Shown: positions 1 through 12,907 of the stretch, piece by piece | Position numbering within the stretch: position 1 is the stretch's first letter | How the letters are laid out: each line of letters starts with the position of its first letter | Assembly: GCA_037379345.1 (NCBI GenBank) | Contig: CM074519.1 | Location: 18,254,103 to 18,318,102, forward strand | Direction: 5' to 3' | DNA length: 64,000 nt | Source: Perna viridis | Taxonomy: Eukaryota | Position numbers and translations under genes: made by a program | The notes under the pieces: generated by a model | The model's input: only the letters and a program-made list of their open reading frames with translations | Database searches by the model: none | What the model was told of the DNA's origin: nothing

Positions 1-635
1 TACTTGTGTATCTCATTGTCAATTTCTTTGAATCGATCACTGTACTTATACATTATAATGTATCACAAATCCTTGTAAAGGTACACTAAGTACAAAATCA
101 TCATGTCATTGAAAATGATTGACAGTTACACCTTTGAAATGTACATGTATGTGATTGATGGGTTTGTAATGATTTTAGGGGTGATAGAGTTACTTCCCTT
201 TGATATATTTTTTTTCGAATTTCCTATTATGAAATAATATAGATACAAAAAACAAAAACAAACTAAGTTTGGGTTTTTATTATTGAAAATAAAAGACAAT
301 TTAATGCTAGTATTCATAATAAGCCCATAAGTTATTTTGCAGAAATTTATTAGAAAGATGAAAAATGAGAGATTGAACTTATGTCCAATTTTACTGTATG
401 AGACCTGAAAGAGTTAAAACCCTGAGAATTAAATGAATTGCATATGTAAAATTCAACAATTGATTTTTCAAGTATTTGTAAGAATTAGATTTGAAGAATT
501 CCACTGTGACCTTTAAACTGTCATGACACAGCATTGTGATGTCAGCCTATAAATCTGAAAACTAAGATTATACTGTGACTTTCAGTACTCACTATTTATG
601 AAGTCTGTAATAATTAAGTGACATCATTTTTGCAG

Positions 636-753
636 ATTAAGACCATTAGATGTAGCATTTATGAAAGCAGTTCACCATAAAGTCAACATAGTACCTGTAA
701 TAGCTAAAGCAGATACTCTTACAAAACAGGAAGTTCAAAGGTTGAAAAAACGG
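636..753 (+). CDS. SEPT2: Septin gene 1 (SEPT2/Sep1-like), internal exon with G4 motif
   Basis: tttgcag acceptor, CGG|gtaggt donor. Encodes (G)[39 protein letters not shown] with septin G4 AKAD, closely matching SEPT2 [29 protein letters not shown]. Upstream exons lie outside the window. Confidence 0.96.
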
Positions 754-882
754 GTAGGTATAGATGTTGTTAAATGACTACTAAAATATTATAGAAATGT
801 ATTGTAAAGTTAGGTTTTTATGTAAATAATATGGCTTTAGGGTTCATTTTAGTTATTTTACCCCACCCCGTAGAAGAAGGGA

Positions 883-1312
883 ATATATACTGAATTTTGC
901 ATGTCAAAATCTGTATTACATGAGGTATCAACCCAAGACTCCTAAATCATCCCAAGGGCCATCAGCCCACGAGTTGATAAAGGTTGAGGGTTGATACCAT
1001 ATTTGATACTGATTTTGACATGTCATGTGCATTATATATTTTGACTATACGTATGGTTTGTTGAAGGGGTGTGAAATAAGGTATGTGGTATAGGTCTATG
1101 GGTGTAATATAGGGTATATGATATAGGTTAAATGATATCATGGCTTAAACAAAACACTTATAATGCATATACATATATATTTTAATCTAAATATATGATA
1201 TATACTGAATATTACTTGTCAAAAACTTGTATCACATGCTGTTTCAACTCGAGACTCCTTTATCACCCCAAGGGCCATCAGCCCACAGGATGATATAGGT
1301 TAAAGTTTGACA
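883..1312. mobile_element. Two adjacent copies of a short hairpin MITE (about 900-1022 and 1198-1312)
   Basis: catgtcaaaatctgtattacatgaggtatcaaccc pairs with gggttgataccatatttgatactgattttgacatg. Both copies share cccaagggccatcagcccac. Confidence 0.75.
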
Positions 1313-1590
1313 TAGGGATGCTGTATCATGGGATGCTGTTTCGTACTCATATGATATAAACTTGTTGCAGAATAAAAAAAGAATTTTTCTTATATCATGA
1401 TGGAAAGAAGGCATGTCACTATTGAGTCATTGACACAGATTTCTTGTTTATCTAAAATTACTTCTTTTCAAGTGTATTCTGATTTGTTTTACTTTATTGT
1501 GATGGTTTAAAAGTCAATTTTTTTTGTAATTTATAAGGACAACTTATTGATGATTGTTAGATTGCTCACCAATGGCGTAATCTTTTTCAG

Positions 1591-1692
1591 ATAATGGACC
1601 AAATAGATGAGTATGGAATCACTATTTATCCTTTACCTGACTGTGACTCAGATGAAGATGAAGACTACAGGGAACAATGTCGCCAGCTCAAG
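1591..1692 (+). CDS. SEPT2: Septin gene 1 exon (acidic region)
   Basis: ttttcag acceptor, AAG|gtataa donor, phase 0-0. IMDQIDEYGITIYPLPDCDSDEDEDYREQCRQLK carries the group-2B SDEDED motif. Confidence 0.96.
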
Positions 1693-2103
1693 GTATAATT
1701 TCAGATGCTTAAAAACTGGGTGAGGTGCTCAGCTTATTTCTCATAATGTAACCACTTTAGGTACAATGTCCAGTGTGTGAACAAATTGGAAAGCTTCAGC
1801 TTGTGTTGCCAGCTCGTGATGCAATGTTTGATGTTTAAAAAAAGGGGGAGGGGTTCAGCTTATAGGTGACATTTTCATATTCTCAAGGCAGTATGTCTAA
1901 TGTTTGATAAGGATGAAGTGGAAGGGGTTCAGTTAATGTATCATGATATTTCCCACCCATGGTATGCTACAGTTCACAAAAGGGAGATTATTTAGATGTT
2001 TTTTATAACAAAATTGTTAACACTTATGGCACAAAAATCAGGATATTTTCTGTGAGAATGTTTTTATTTTCATTATTTAAACTTGACATGTACTTTATTA
2101 CAG

Positions 2104-2249
2104 GAAGCAGTGCCTTTTGCAGTCATTGGAGCTAACACCGTGATAGAGGTTAAAGGTCGTAAGGTTAGAGGTAGAATGTACCCCTGGGGTGTTGTTGAGG
2201 TTGAAAATCCAGAACACTGTGACTTCATCAAACTTAGGACCATGCTCAT
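2104..2249 (+). CDS. SEPT2: Septin gene 1 exon (septin unique element)
   Basis: ttacag acceptor, AT|gtaagt donor. [49 protein letters not shown]. Confidence 0.97.
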
Positions 2250-2615
2250 GTAAGTTCAGGGGTAAAAAATTAAACTGGACCTCACAATGTCAATTATTTG
2301 CTCTTCCTCTTTGAGAGAGAGCATTAATATCAATACAGGCAGACAAAACTTATGGTACTAAAAGGTTACTTATTAACAAAATATAAAATATTTGTTTTCT
2401 TTATATTTTTCAAGAAGAATAGAAAAGCAAAGCTGCTAAGATTTCATAAATTCACCATTTAAAAAATTATTTTATTATCATCAAATTTCAAAGTTAGATA
2501 TTGCTACCTTTTCTTTTTTATTAGGCTGATTTTTCTTACTACATATTTGAAATTATTTCACATTGACCTTAAAATCCCATTTGTTCCAATAAAACATTTA
2601 TTTGGCATTTTACAG

Positions 2616-2714
2616 AACCCACATGCAAGACTTACAAGAAGTGACTCAGGAAGTACATTATGAGAACTTCAGAGCTGACAAACTTGCCAGTGGTGCTGCA
2701 GTCAAGAAAGTCAG
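2616..2714 (+). CDS. SEPT2: Septin gene 1 exon (end of GTPase domain)
   Basis: tttacag acceptor, AG|gtatgt donor, phase 2-2. [32 protein letters not shown]. Confidence 0.96.
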
Positions 2715-3577
2715 GTATGTAATTCGTCACATATTTTTTAGCTTCATATACCTAATGTTGCTGATGGTATATACTCCTTTCAAAAGGCTATTGCCTTTAA
2801 ATCTCTGTTTTTGTTTTTCACAATTGTGCTTCTCTGGCAGTTGATGTATTTTATGGTCAGCTATATTTTGTTTTTTCCAACCTTTGTTTGTTATGACCTG
2901 TGTTTCAAGAGACTTTAGTTTGTGAGTATCAATAGTGATATATTGACAGAACTGCTAACCCTAACTATTTTAGCATTAATCTTCCAATTTTTCCATTAGA
3001 ATATGTCGTAAATTTTTTTTCATGGTCATGAGTGTTTCAGGTTTTTAAATAAGTAAAATAAGCCTTGCGGTCTTTTCAGTGTTTGCCAGTTATGTATTTT
3101 CCATTTCCAAATGAACCTTATGGTTTTTGATTGAACTGGCGTGCGTAAAACACAAATGTTTGCTCCTCACAAAAACTTCTAACAGACCCCTGGCCTTTCT
3201 ATATATCTTAATTTGAGGTTGGCAGCTCTGTATTGAAATTAAGTTAGTGCAGTTTTATATTATCATTATAAATTGAACCCTATTATTTTTGAACGATTTT
3301 ATTTAACCCTACACAATGAAGGAGGTTACGAATTTTTTCTTTAATGGATTGTCTGTCATTCTGTTGGCAAATACCAAAACTTCAATTTACAAATTTGGTT
3401 TGTTACCAGTGACTATGCTCTGCACAGTTTCACATTTTCTGACTATTCTAAGCTTCATCTGTAAATCTGTTTATTTCAAGACGGCACACTGTTACTATCT
3501 GTGTTTGTCCTTTTGATTACAGTGTTTTCATTACAATGTATTTGCTTTTAAACGTAATAATACTTCACAATTTGCAG

Positions 3578-3607
3578 AAGAAACCGTGGTGAAGAGGTTG
3601 TCGAGGA
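3578..3607 (+). CDS. Candidate 30-nt cassette microexon of septin gene 1
   Basis: tttgcag acceptor, GA|gtaggt donor. Phase 2-2, matching the flanking exons. Purine-rich, inserts R-RNRGEEVVE-D. Three TGCATG motifs downstream. Confidence 0.7.
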
Positions 3608-6303
3608 GTAGGTCTCATTTAAATATTATGCATATTCATTATATCATTTCATGCATGAATGCATTCATTTGTTGTAGAGATAGGATCATATTCTTTTAGA
3701 TCTTATAGAATGAGAACCAGTTTAACAAGCAAACAGGAACCCAGGTCTGCATGGGAATCACTGAGTTGTCCCCATTTAACTAAGCCAAAAAACATTGCAT
3801 GTTTGAAACCTTAAAAAAAACACAGATTTTATTTGTCTCCCCATGAACACAAAATAAACTGCACACTTTAACCCTTCTAGTGTTGGCTTATAACTTTTAA
3901 CAAAGTACAGTATATTTCATGTGTGTTTGAAGGTTACACTTAATAGCTTAAAGCAAAAAAGGGAAGCAACTTTTGGGCTAATTCGCACTAATACAAGACA
4001 GTATTAAGCTGTATTGCAATCATGGTGTGTTTTGAATTTATCTTCTGTTAAATACTTTGATAAGAAACTGAAATCAAGGTAGCGACTATTTTTAGAATGC
4101 CAGCAAAATACCAGTAGCCTACAGTGAAAATTTCTGTTTTGTCTCCGGTAGAGTTTTTTATTTATAGTTTAGTAATGCTTGCATCTTATTCATACATTGT
4201 ATAAATTAATTCATTTTAAATCATTTTCAGAGTTTACTTTGTAGTTTTATAAATTTCTGTGTCTGAATGAAATATAACAAGTAGAAGTAGACTTAATGAT
4301 TGCAAAAATAGTATTAATTTATTATGCATTTTGGTATATTTTTATTCCATTTTCACGAGACTTATGTGTTGTTTTTTTTTTTCTTTCTTTTCTCTCTCTT
4401 CATTGTGTCCCCATGTGTGAATGTGGTACTGTATTTATTTATGGTAAGCATCCTGTGACTTTGTAGTGTGTAGATGTATTGTTTACTTTCTCTGTCTTTT
4501 CTAGTCAGCTGATCAATGTAAAAATCACATGATCTTGTAGATCACATGACTTTTGATAGATGTGTTAGAAAGATCACTCATGCATTTTTAGATGTCAACT
4601 AAAGTCACTATAAATTTTTAGTTGTATGTGTCTGTGCTAATTATTCATAGCTACCATAAAAACTATTCTCACCTTTTGTGCAAACACTAAATATTATTTT
4701 AGCTAAGGTAAATTGAAAAAGGGTAGGACTATGATACATTTGTGCTATTTTGTCATGTATCAGTTTTTGATGCCTCATACCTGTTGATCTTAGGAATAGT
4801 CCATTTGGGATAACCATCATTTGTCGTGTACTATATCTTTTTAAGGGGGAATAACTTTTGTTTTACCTTGACCAGCTGTTTAATATTTTTGTTATCATAT
4901 TTTATAAAACTGTTATTATTTCTTTGACTTGATTTAACCATTTTTGAAATCTTTGTGTATTCATATAGAATTAATACCATACTAAACAGAATTAATTTTT
5001 TTATAAGTGTGTGAGTGTGGCAATATTTTACCCATTATAACATAATCCTCTCTTTCTCTTTGATTTTCAGCTGCATTATAGAAAAATATTCTAGGCAATG
5101 AATTTTTTTTAATTAACAAAGATAAAATATTTTAGGAATTTGATCTGCTTCAGTATAGTGTAGCTTAATAAAATTGATAGCCAATTTCATGATCATTCAC
5201 AAAGTGGTATATTCAAAACAGAATAAAAACAGAAAACAACACATGCAGAGCGACCTTCTTGAATCCCGACCACAGATGTACTAGACTTGCTTATAATCCA
5301 AATCACTCTAGAAACTTTATATTTAGTTTGAAGTAATTGGCATTTATACTTAACTGAAAGCCAGGTCTTGTACATATGAATTGCAATGCAGGTGTTTATA
5401 TTCATTGTACGTTTTAATACTTATAGTTATGGAATAATACATTTAGGACTTGTAAAAATATGTGAGGTTGTGTGTTGAAAAAGAAACATCAAAGCAATTT
5501 TTTGTTCTAAAATTATATGCTTTTCATTTGAGAAAGCATATGGAACATATGTTCTATTAATTCACCTTTTTCATGAATTATTTTGTTAGCCCTAAACATT
5601 TATTTACAAAAACATTTGGTATGTTGCAATTTATCCTGTGTAGGGATTAAGTTTTACCAGAATCACTGATTTTTCGCCGATTTCACATAGTGAAATTCTG
5701 GGTATAGTATGGTGAATGTCTGGCGGGTGGGCAGTGGGTGGGGAAATTATTGTCATAAAACTATTTTCAACAACTGCTTATCACAGTCTCTTGATATTTG
5801 GTATTCAGCATTAGGTAGAGGTCCCATATTGTGGGATGAATCAGGCTTCTTGGACATCTACTTCCAGTTTAAAGAAATTCAGCCATTTCTGTTTTTGACC
5901 GATTTTTACTGAAGAATGGCTAGTTACCTCAGTATTTACAATTAGATGTGATTTGTATTTGAGTTTCAGTTTGTCAATGTGCATGGTCTTTAGTATTTCG
6001 TGACACCTATAATATCAATCATTGACCAGAATTTCTAAGCATTCTTTAGTTACCTCACATGCTACAGCATATTTTTTAAAGACCCATTTTAGTGCATGAG
6101 ATATTGCTCAACTTAATTTATTTTTCTTTACATAAAAATAGATATTTTACCATTTCTTACTTATTTTGATTGTGTGTGCCTATGAGTTTTATGATTTTCT
6201 GTTTTGGTTTTAATAGATGTAGTCAAGTTTGACCTTTCAAAAAATGATGAATTGTATCATGAAACTTGAATGATTTTTTAATAAATATTTCCATATTTTT
6301 CAG

Positions 6304-6373
6304 TAAAAATCGTCGCCCTGAAAGTATTGTTGGTGATGACAAAGAGAAACAGCTGGCTGAGAAGGATGCTGAG
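6304..6373 (+). CDS. SEPT2: Septin gene 1 exon (start of C-terminal coiled coil)
   Basis: tttttcag acceptor, GAG|gtgtgt donor, phase 2-0. KNRRPESIVGDDKEKQLAEKDAE resembles SEPT2 KDQILLEKEAE. Confidence 0.92.
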
Positions 6374-6945
6374 GTGTGTACAATTTCAGTATATGACTCT
6401 TCTCTTTTTTTGAAGAATTAAGCTTGGGCTAAATTTGGTTTTCTGTCCTTCCATCCAAGATTTGTTTCTAGTGGTGCATAACTTCAAATTTTTATCTTCA
6501 AGTATTGAAGAAATTTGCAGAAGCTTAACTCTATGCAAGAAAGTAGAAAGACTCCAAATTTTGAAAGTCAGCAGGTCAAATGTCATGGTCAATATTACTA
6601 AAATAGAGAAGAAAGGTGAAATTAATAATGTGTCAAAGAGACAACAACTTTTTCTACTGGAATATGGAAAAATATCTGAAGGCAGTCTATGGGCTTCCAA
6701 TATACTAAAAGTATGTTGTGATACAAAAAGATTTCAGTACTTTGTAAAAAAGGGAAAGATACATTAGAGTTAACTACATTTTCTATATATAACAAAAGGA
6801 ATGTGGATAATGCATAAAGAAGCATCCAGATGTAAACATTAAAATTGTATCTGAAATTTAGAGCAATATGGGACAGATGTAAATCATACCATGATCTAGT
6901 TTCTATTGTTTAGTTTGCATCACATTTTTTTCTTTATCTCCACAG

Positions 6946-7059
6946 CTGAGGAAGATGCAGGAAATGTTAGCACGAATGCAGGCTGAAATGGAGGCTCAGA
7001 AACGTATGGCAGGAACACCAGGAAAACAAAATGGTGGCATCAATACAGCTAATGTTTAA
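6946..7059 (+). CDS. SEPT2: Septin gene 1 last coding exon (coiled coil and stop)
   Basis: ctccacag acceptor. LRKMQEMLARMQAEMEAQKRMAGTPGKQNGGINTANV* resembles SEPT2 LRRMQEMIARMQAQM. TAA at 7057-7059. Confidence 0.95.
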   Translation: MRKMQEMLARMQAEMEAQKRMAGTPGKQNGGINTANV

Positions 7060-7061
7060 AA

Positions 7062-8256
7062 GTAAGTCAGGCAGTCGGGATGGCAATAATCCACTATGAT
7101 GGGATGTTTTATTGATATCTGCACAAAGGGAGATAAGTGCATTAAATATTGCTCAACTAACTTTATTTTCCTTTACAACTAAGTTTATTACAAATACATT
7201 GTATAGAGAACATGCTAGTTACAAAATGTTTCATAATGCTAGTTACAAAATGTTTCATAATCTAATGAAAAATATTACAAAAAAGCTCTTAAAGGCTCCT
7301 ATACTAAACATTGTGGTACAAAACTCTCCACTCTTTGGCAGATGTATTGATATCTATATTACTTCTGTTTATCATGTTATATGTGATTTTTTGCCCCATT
7401 CAACAAGTATGTTGTGTATTTGAATCATCCTGTTCATTTTAGCATTCATCAGAATTATGTCCAAATAAATTATTATCTCGGTTCCCAATGGATGGTATGA
7501 TTTCGAAAGTGTAGTGCATTACGCTATGAATATGTCCTATAAATATCCACTTTGTTGTAATAACATAGAAATTGTTTATAACATAGCTAAATATATGAAT
7601 ACAAGGAGAAAAAAATTTTGTGGCATATTGTTATTGTTATGAAGTCATAACAGTTAATTATACATCATTTAACACAAACAGCTAAGAATTGTAAATTTTG
7701 TTGTTTTTCTTACTTACTTACATCGAAAAAACTATGTCGACACCCAAGAAACATTATATTTTCACATATGATTAACTATGTAATAATGAATGTATTCAGT
7801 AAATATGAAATTGTATCTTGGGTGTGGACACCATTTTGCCAAAAAAGTGACCAAAAAGTACAAAATTGACAGAATATCAAAATATTGGTTAACTTATAGC
7901 AATTTGTCCACTCATATCAAATTCTTGATATTTTCTCATTTTTGATGGATTCAAATCTCCAAATTTAAAATTGAATCTTTCAACACATTACGATTAATTG
8001 TAAGTAATATTTGGGGCCAATAAGAGCTTCTCCTTTGGTATATTGATTTTTATGGATAGGGCATCTGTTTTTAGTATTTCAGTTGCTATGCAGTGCCAGC
8101 TTCTTGTTTCCCTCACAGAATTGCGGTATAAAGGAGGTATATCTCAAAGATCTGGATGTGTATACTGGTTGAGTTAATGGTAAATGGCTTTACGAATAGA
8201 TATTTCGTAATTCTCTCAAAATTTTAAAATTTTCTTTTTATTTTTTAATTTTGTAG
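7062..8256 (+). other. Probable 3' UTR intron of septin gene 1
   Basis: AAA|GTAAGT donor 2 nt after the stop codon. Strong T-rich acceptor ttttctttttattttttaattttgtag ending at 8256. Confidence 0.6.
7212..7259. repeat. Perfect 24-bp tandem duplication
   Basis: atgctagttacaaaatgtttcata x2. Confidence 0.95.
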
Positions 8257-8948
8257 GATATTTCCAGTAATGAGGAATGAACTTGAGAGACAAGGTCTAA
8301 CAGCTGACATTATGGTGCTTCCAGGCTACAGTATAGAAAACTAACATTAATTTTCGAGTTGGAATGGCAGTTTTATTATTGCTAACAAGTTTTTCCACCT
8401 GACTAAATATTGCAACAGTTAATAAATTTTGTATTCATTCCTGTACAAAGTAAATATAAAATGCCATTTGTCAAAAATTTATATTTATTGTAAACAGTTG
8501 CAATGTAATTTTTTTATTGTGTTTTTTGTTGCTGTTTGCTTTTGCATTTTTTTATTTGTTGATGATATGGGTTTTGTGTACTAAGGGAGATAACTGCAAT
8601 GTAAGCAAAAAAAAAAAAACATTGTATGGATATAATGCCTTATCATGGCTGGTAGATTTAAAATATTGTTTTTGACAAAAGATCTCGCGCTTACTCCAAA
8701 TTCTATTGCAATTTCACATGATCTAGTCAAATTAACTTGCCCATTACAAGCTTGTGAATGACAAATCTAATGAGGTTTTATTATAACTGGTGGAATTTTC
8801 AATTGTTGTTTCAGGTAAATCATTTAAATGAATTTATGTAGTATTTGATCAATATTGGTTTTAATAATTGAAGATTTATGAAGGACCAAATATATTTTTA
8901 GGAAGAAATATTTTTATTAAGGTACATTGTGTTACTAGTTTCAATTAA

Positions 8949-9333
8949 GTACCATTCTGTGCAAGAATCAGGCAATGGGAGGCACATCATAATTCTGAAT
9001 TTGGTCTTTTTCTCCTATATATTCAATACATCTAGAAAAAAACTTAAAAGCATTTTAAATTTATCCTAAAGTGTCTGTGACGTAGATATTTTTTGACCGC
9101 TTATATAAGGAAAAGTTTGGGAGAATTTTCCCACCATTTTTCCATAGTGCATTTAAGCTAAAACTAAATTTGTCCTGTCATTATTTTAAAAAGGCAAACT
9201 TTACTAACATTTTGATAGTTATTTCTGGAGGTTATCAAGTATAAATACTTGGTTAATGCAGTAAAATCTCAAGGTTTTTCCCTTCATTTGCCACACTGTA
9301 CACATTTTGCCTGATTCTTAGACGGAGAAGTAC
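8949..9333. mobile_element. TTAA-flanked non-autonomous DNA transposon, family F
   Basis: TTAA|GTAC...GTAC|TTAA, with subterminal inverted aagaatcaggcaa / ttgcctgattctt. A close relative lies at 17318-17552. Confidence 0.75.
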
Positions 9334-11140
9334 TTAAAGCTGGGTCCATGTAACTTAAGCACATCAATCAAATACATTTAGTCTTATTTACAAGTATTCA
9401 TATTTTAAGTATTAGTAGAACATGTATAGATTCATTGTATGGTGTAGTTTTTTTTTCTCTCATGGACGACTGTAGTTTTATTTTCTAACTTCATTCAGTT
9501 GGTATTGTGATAAAACTATTCTATTCTCATAGTTATGACTTCCTTTTTTTTTCATCAGATTCCACTATGGATGTTTGATGAATCATATAGAACACTTTGC
9601 CTTTAAAATGAAGTAAATTTTAATTCTGTCAATAGCTGAAATACTCTGAAGGTATCTTTATTCGTAGGTAATGCTTTTGATGAATTAGAGTAAAAACATC
9701 AGTTTGTAGATTCTTGAATTTTGATTTGTAAACTCCTTACAAGTGAAAGGGAAATCTTTTCTCGTTGGGAACAAAATTTCATGGTTTGCCAAACCCATGA
9801 AACATTAAAATTGGTAACCCTGGAACTATATTACTGTCAGAGATGGAACTTTTTGGTAATAGGGTTTTTTTCTTGTTCCTTGATGTAAAGTTGCTGCTTT
9901 GCATTAGCACATCCTTATGAAAATTTGGTGAGATAAGTTGTTACTTTAATAGCTTCATGCTCCCAACCAAATATAATATTAGACATTGATGAATTTGCTG
10001 CTGTAAACATATTTAGATGCCATAGTAGACATTCCCTCTGTGTAGTATGTTTCTGTAATGTTTTGTTTTTGCATCTCTTGTCATATCTATTTTTAGGCTA
10101 CCGTAATATAGTATTTTACTTTGCTTAATGATAGGGATACTTCATTTTAAGTGCATTTTCAATTCTTTTAGAAACTCAAGATTTCAAGACTATCTAATTA
10201 CTTTGAAATAAAAACTTGTATTTAGTTTTTTTCATTGTTATTTGGTTCATGGAAAATGATGATGAGGTCTGCTATTTTCTGGCTCATTACCTTTGAAAGT
10301 CAGAGATTTTTTGTATCAAAACTTTCAATATTATTTACTGATCTCTGAAAAAATAACCACCTGACTTATCCCTGTATTTTTCTATAGAATCTCATTTATG
10401 CGCAATAATTTTTATATCATATTTGTAATTATTCCATGTGTAAAGTGTTTATTTATAAGTGTCCTTGTGTAGAAATTATGTATGTAGTCAATGTCATAAG
10501 TACACTGTTACACACTTATAGTGTGCAAATTTTTGCTGGTCTTGTGCTAATTATGATTTTTTAGCAAGGAAATTTTATAAGGTTTTTCATTTTTTTGCTA
10601 ACTTAAAAGGTTTGACAAGAGGATTACACATGTCAAAAACATGTTTTTTTTTGGTAAGAATGTAAATCCACCATTTTAAACCTATTGCATTATGGGTAAA
10701 TGAAACATGCACCTGTATTATCTAAGTCAGTTTTTGGTTTACCAAAACAGTTAGTACAATCATGGTAACTGTGGCTCTTGTTTACTTTTACAACAAATCA
10801 TACCTTTCAATTTTAAAACCTATTAGTGCGGCTGCTGACTTTGATATTGCAATCAAGCATTTTATGTATATTTTCAATGGAAAATTATGAATATATTTGA
10901 ATTTTAAGCTCAATCTATGCACAATGATGCACCTTTCAGTTTAGTAAGCAGGGAACCATATTTTTTTAGGCAGATTTTTTTTAGTGACCAATTTAATGGT
11001 AAAAATCTGTATATATGACAAAAAAATCTGTCAAACCAATTCTTTGTTCCACCTTTGACCAGACCAGAATGTTATTAACTTGCTTTTATATCGTGAAACA
11101 AACAATCAGTTATATTGATTTATACATACATACATTTGAA

Positions 11141-11146
11141 AATAAA
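11141..11146 (+). terminator. Candidate polyadenylation signal (alternative at 10207-10212)
   Basis: AATAAA followed about 20 nt later by CA and gtgttccagtgtttt. Confidence 0.35.
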
Positions 11147-11246
11147 ATAATTACATTATTACAAGTGTTCCAGTGTTTTATAGTCCTGCTGAACAAGTTT
11201 TGGAACTCATTAGCCTGAGAAACACTCTTTTGATTTGAATCATCTT

Positions 11247-11420
11247 GATGGCCTCTCTGGAGCTGGGTCGCCTTGAGTGCAGGAGGTCGTGGGTTTATTG
11301 CCCAGCTGAGTGATGCCAAAAACCTTAAAAATAGCTGTCACTGCTTTTCTGCTAAGTACACTGCATATTGGAGATAGGGTGAAGACTGGTTGGCTCAAGA
11401 GTCAGCATAATAGGTTCTTG
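11247..11420 (+). mobile_element. Degenerate tRNA-derived SINE (Meta-domain type), 5' part
   Basis: tRNA-like head, then ccaaaaaccttaaaaatagctgtcactgcttttctgctaagtacactgcatattggagatagggtgaagactggttggctc. Homologous to 50871-51373. A 3' fragment lies near 11810-11850. Confidence 0.65.
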
Positions 11421-12907
11421 CATGAGTGAAGATTAAAGATCGGGTTATCTTTCAAGAGTTTGAGAAATAAAAGTCTTTTTGGTGAGTAGAGCGTAGTGGG
11501 ACGAGTAAAAAAAAAATCAAGAATTTCTCTAATGATTGAAATATAACCCAATCTTGGATCTTCAGCAAGTGTAAGTACTTTTTTCTTCCATGAAAACATT
11601 TATATTTTTTTCACTTTTCCTACAGAGGGCCGCCATTTCTTAAACCATTTTATATAGTGTCATTAAAATTTCTTTTGCCTTTGTTTTGAAAACTCTTTGA
11701 TGCTGCCACTTTTAAGACATTTCATTGGTTAAGAGAATGAGGTAAGACACACATACTTTACCTCGTCTTACAAGGGTAGTCTCAACTTGTAAAGGGACAT
11801 TTATGGAAGAATAATGTGTCTGAGTTGTTATTTCTGTGAGCTAGCACAAAAAAAAATATTAGAGAAACTATCTTAAAAGTTTGTCTATAGGTTTTCTTGT
11901 GTTGAGATGACTTCATAACATTTTGTTACTTGAAACAGTTATTGTTTCACGAAAATGCAAGTAGCATTATTTTCTTTTGTTTATGTGTGAATATCAGCTA
12001 CAAGTTAAGAGAAATACTACGTTTTTCTTTGGAAAATATACATCACAGCCACTTGACAATATACTGCATGAAAAAAGATTATTGTTTGATGCTTTTAAAG
12101 GGAGATCATCAAATGTTCACATAGAGAGCTGTGTATCGTTTTATCAGCTTTTGGCTATTCTCTGTCAACAAATGTGGAAGGATTTTAGAACTTTCCATCA
12201 CACCTTTGAAAAAATTTTTAAATACCATTTTCAGGTCAGATCATCAAAAAATGTAGAACACATTTACATCATGAAATAAACTTCATTCATATGTTTTACT
12301 GTGTGTTGCAGATGGTTGACTTCCAAGTTTAGAATATGTTTTGTGTAACCTTTCTCACACTGCTCATGTCTGATAAAAATGGTACTGAATACATAAGAAG
12401 CTCAGGTACTCAAGCATATATGGTGTTGGATTCAGTAATTTTTATGTGAATGTAAGGCAAATGGAATATGTTTTCTGATACATGAGTATGATAATTATAA
12501 ACAGCAGTTTCCTGAATAAATAAAATGTGTTCATATTTTTTTTTAAAATTTGAGCTTCATGCAAAATTTCACTTTCTCATATTAGTTTTTTATGTGTGCA
12601 TTAAAAGAATTGAGAAAAAATTACTTCATTTTTTTCCCATTATTATAAATAAGAAGGTATGCAATTTTGCAACTGTGGAAATTTTGCAGAAAATGAGATC
12701 TTGAGTTTTGTGAAAAATCCTACAATAATAGTATTAAAAATTCCATGATGCAAGTTTTTTTTCTTATTGTGAATCCATTTTCAGTTAGTCATATTGTTTG
12801 CAATAAAGTGAAGATATTGCAATAATATTAGAATTGATAGTAGTTTAAAAATATGTTAAAAACAAACAGTTTCTTAGATCTTTCAATTTTTATAATGGAG
12901 ATATTAA

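Larger units (their letters stand above)
8257..11170 (+). other. Probable terminal non-coding exon / long 3' UTR of septin gene 1
   Basis: T-rich sequence with no ORF. AATAAA at 10207-10212 and 11141-11146, each followed by T/GT-rich sequence. The 3' end is uncertain. Confidence 0.4.

Noticed and set aside
2602-2844. Listed ORFs 2602-2844, 60295-60597 and 62658-62882 as standalone genes
   Set aside because: Each is a septin exon plus intronic read-through. Septin similarity stops at the splice sites.
6386-6825. Overlapping 67-110 aa ORFs
   Set aside because: They lie within the 6374-6945 intron and show no recognisable motifs.
7045-7059. Class I PDZ-binding motif at the C-terminus (TANV)
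   Set aside because: Position -2 is Ala, not Ser/Thr.
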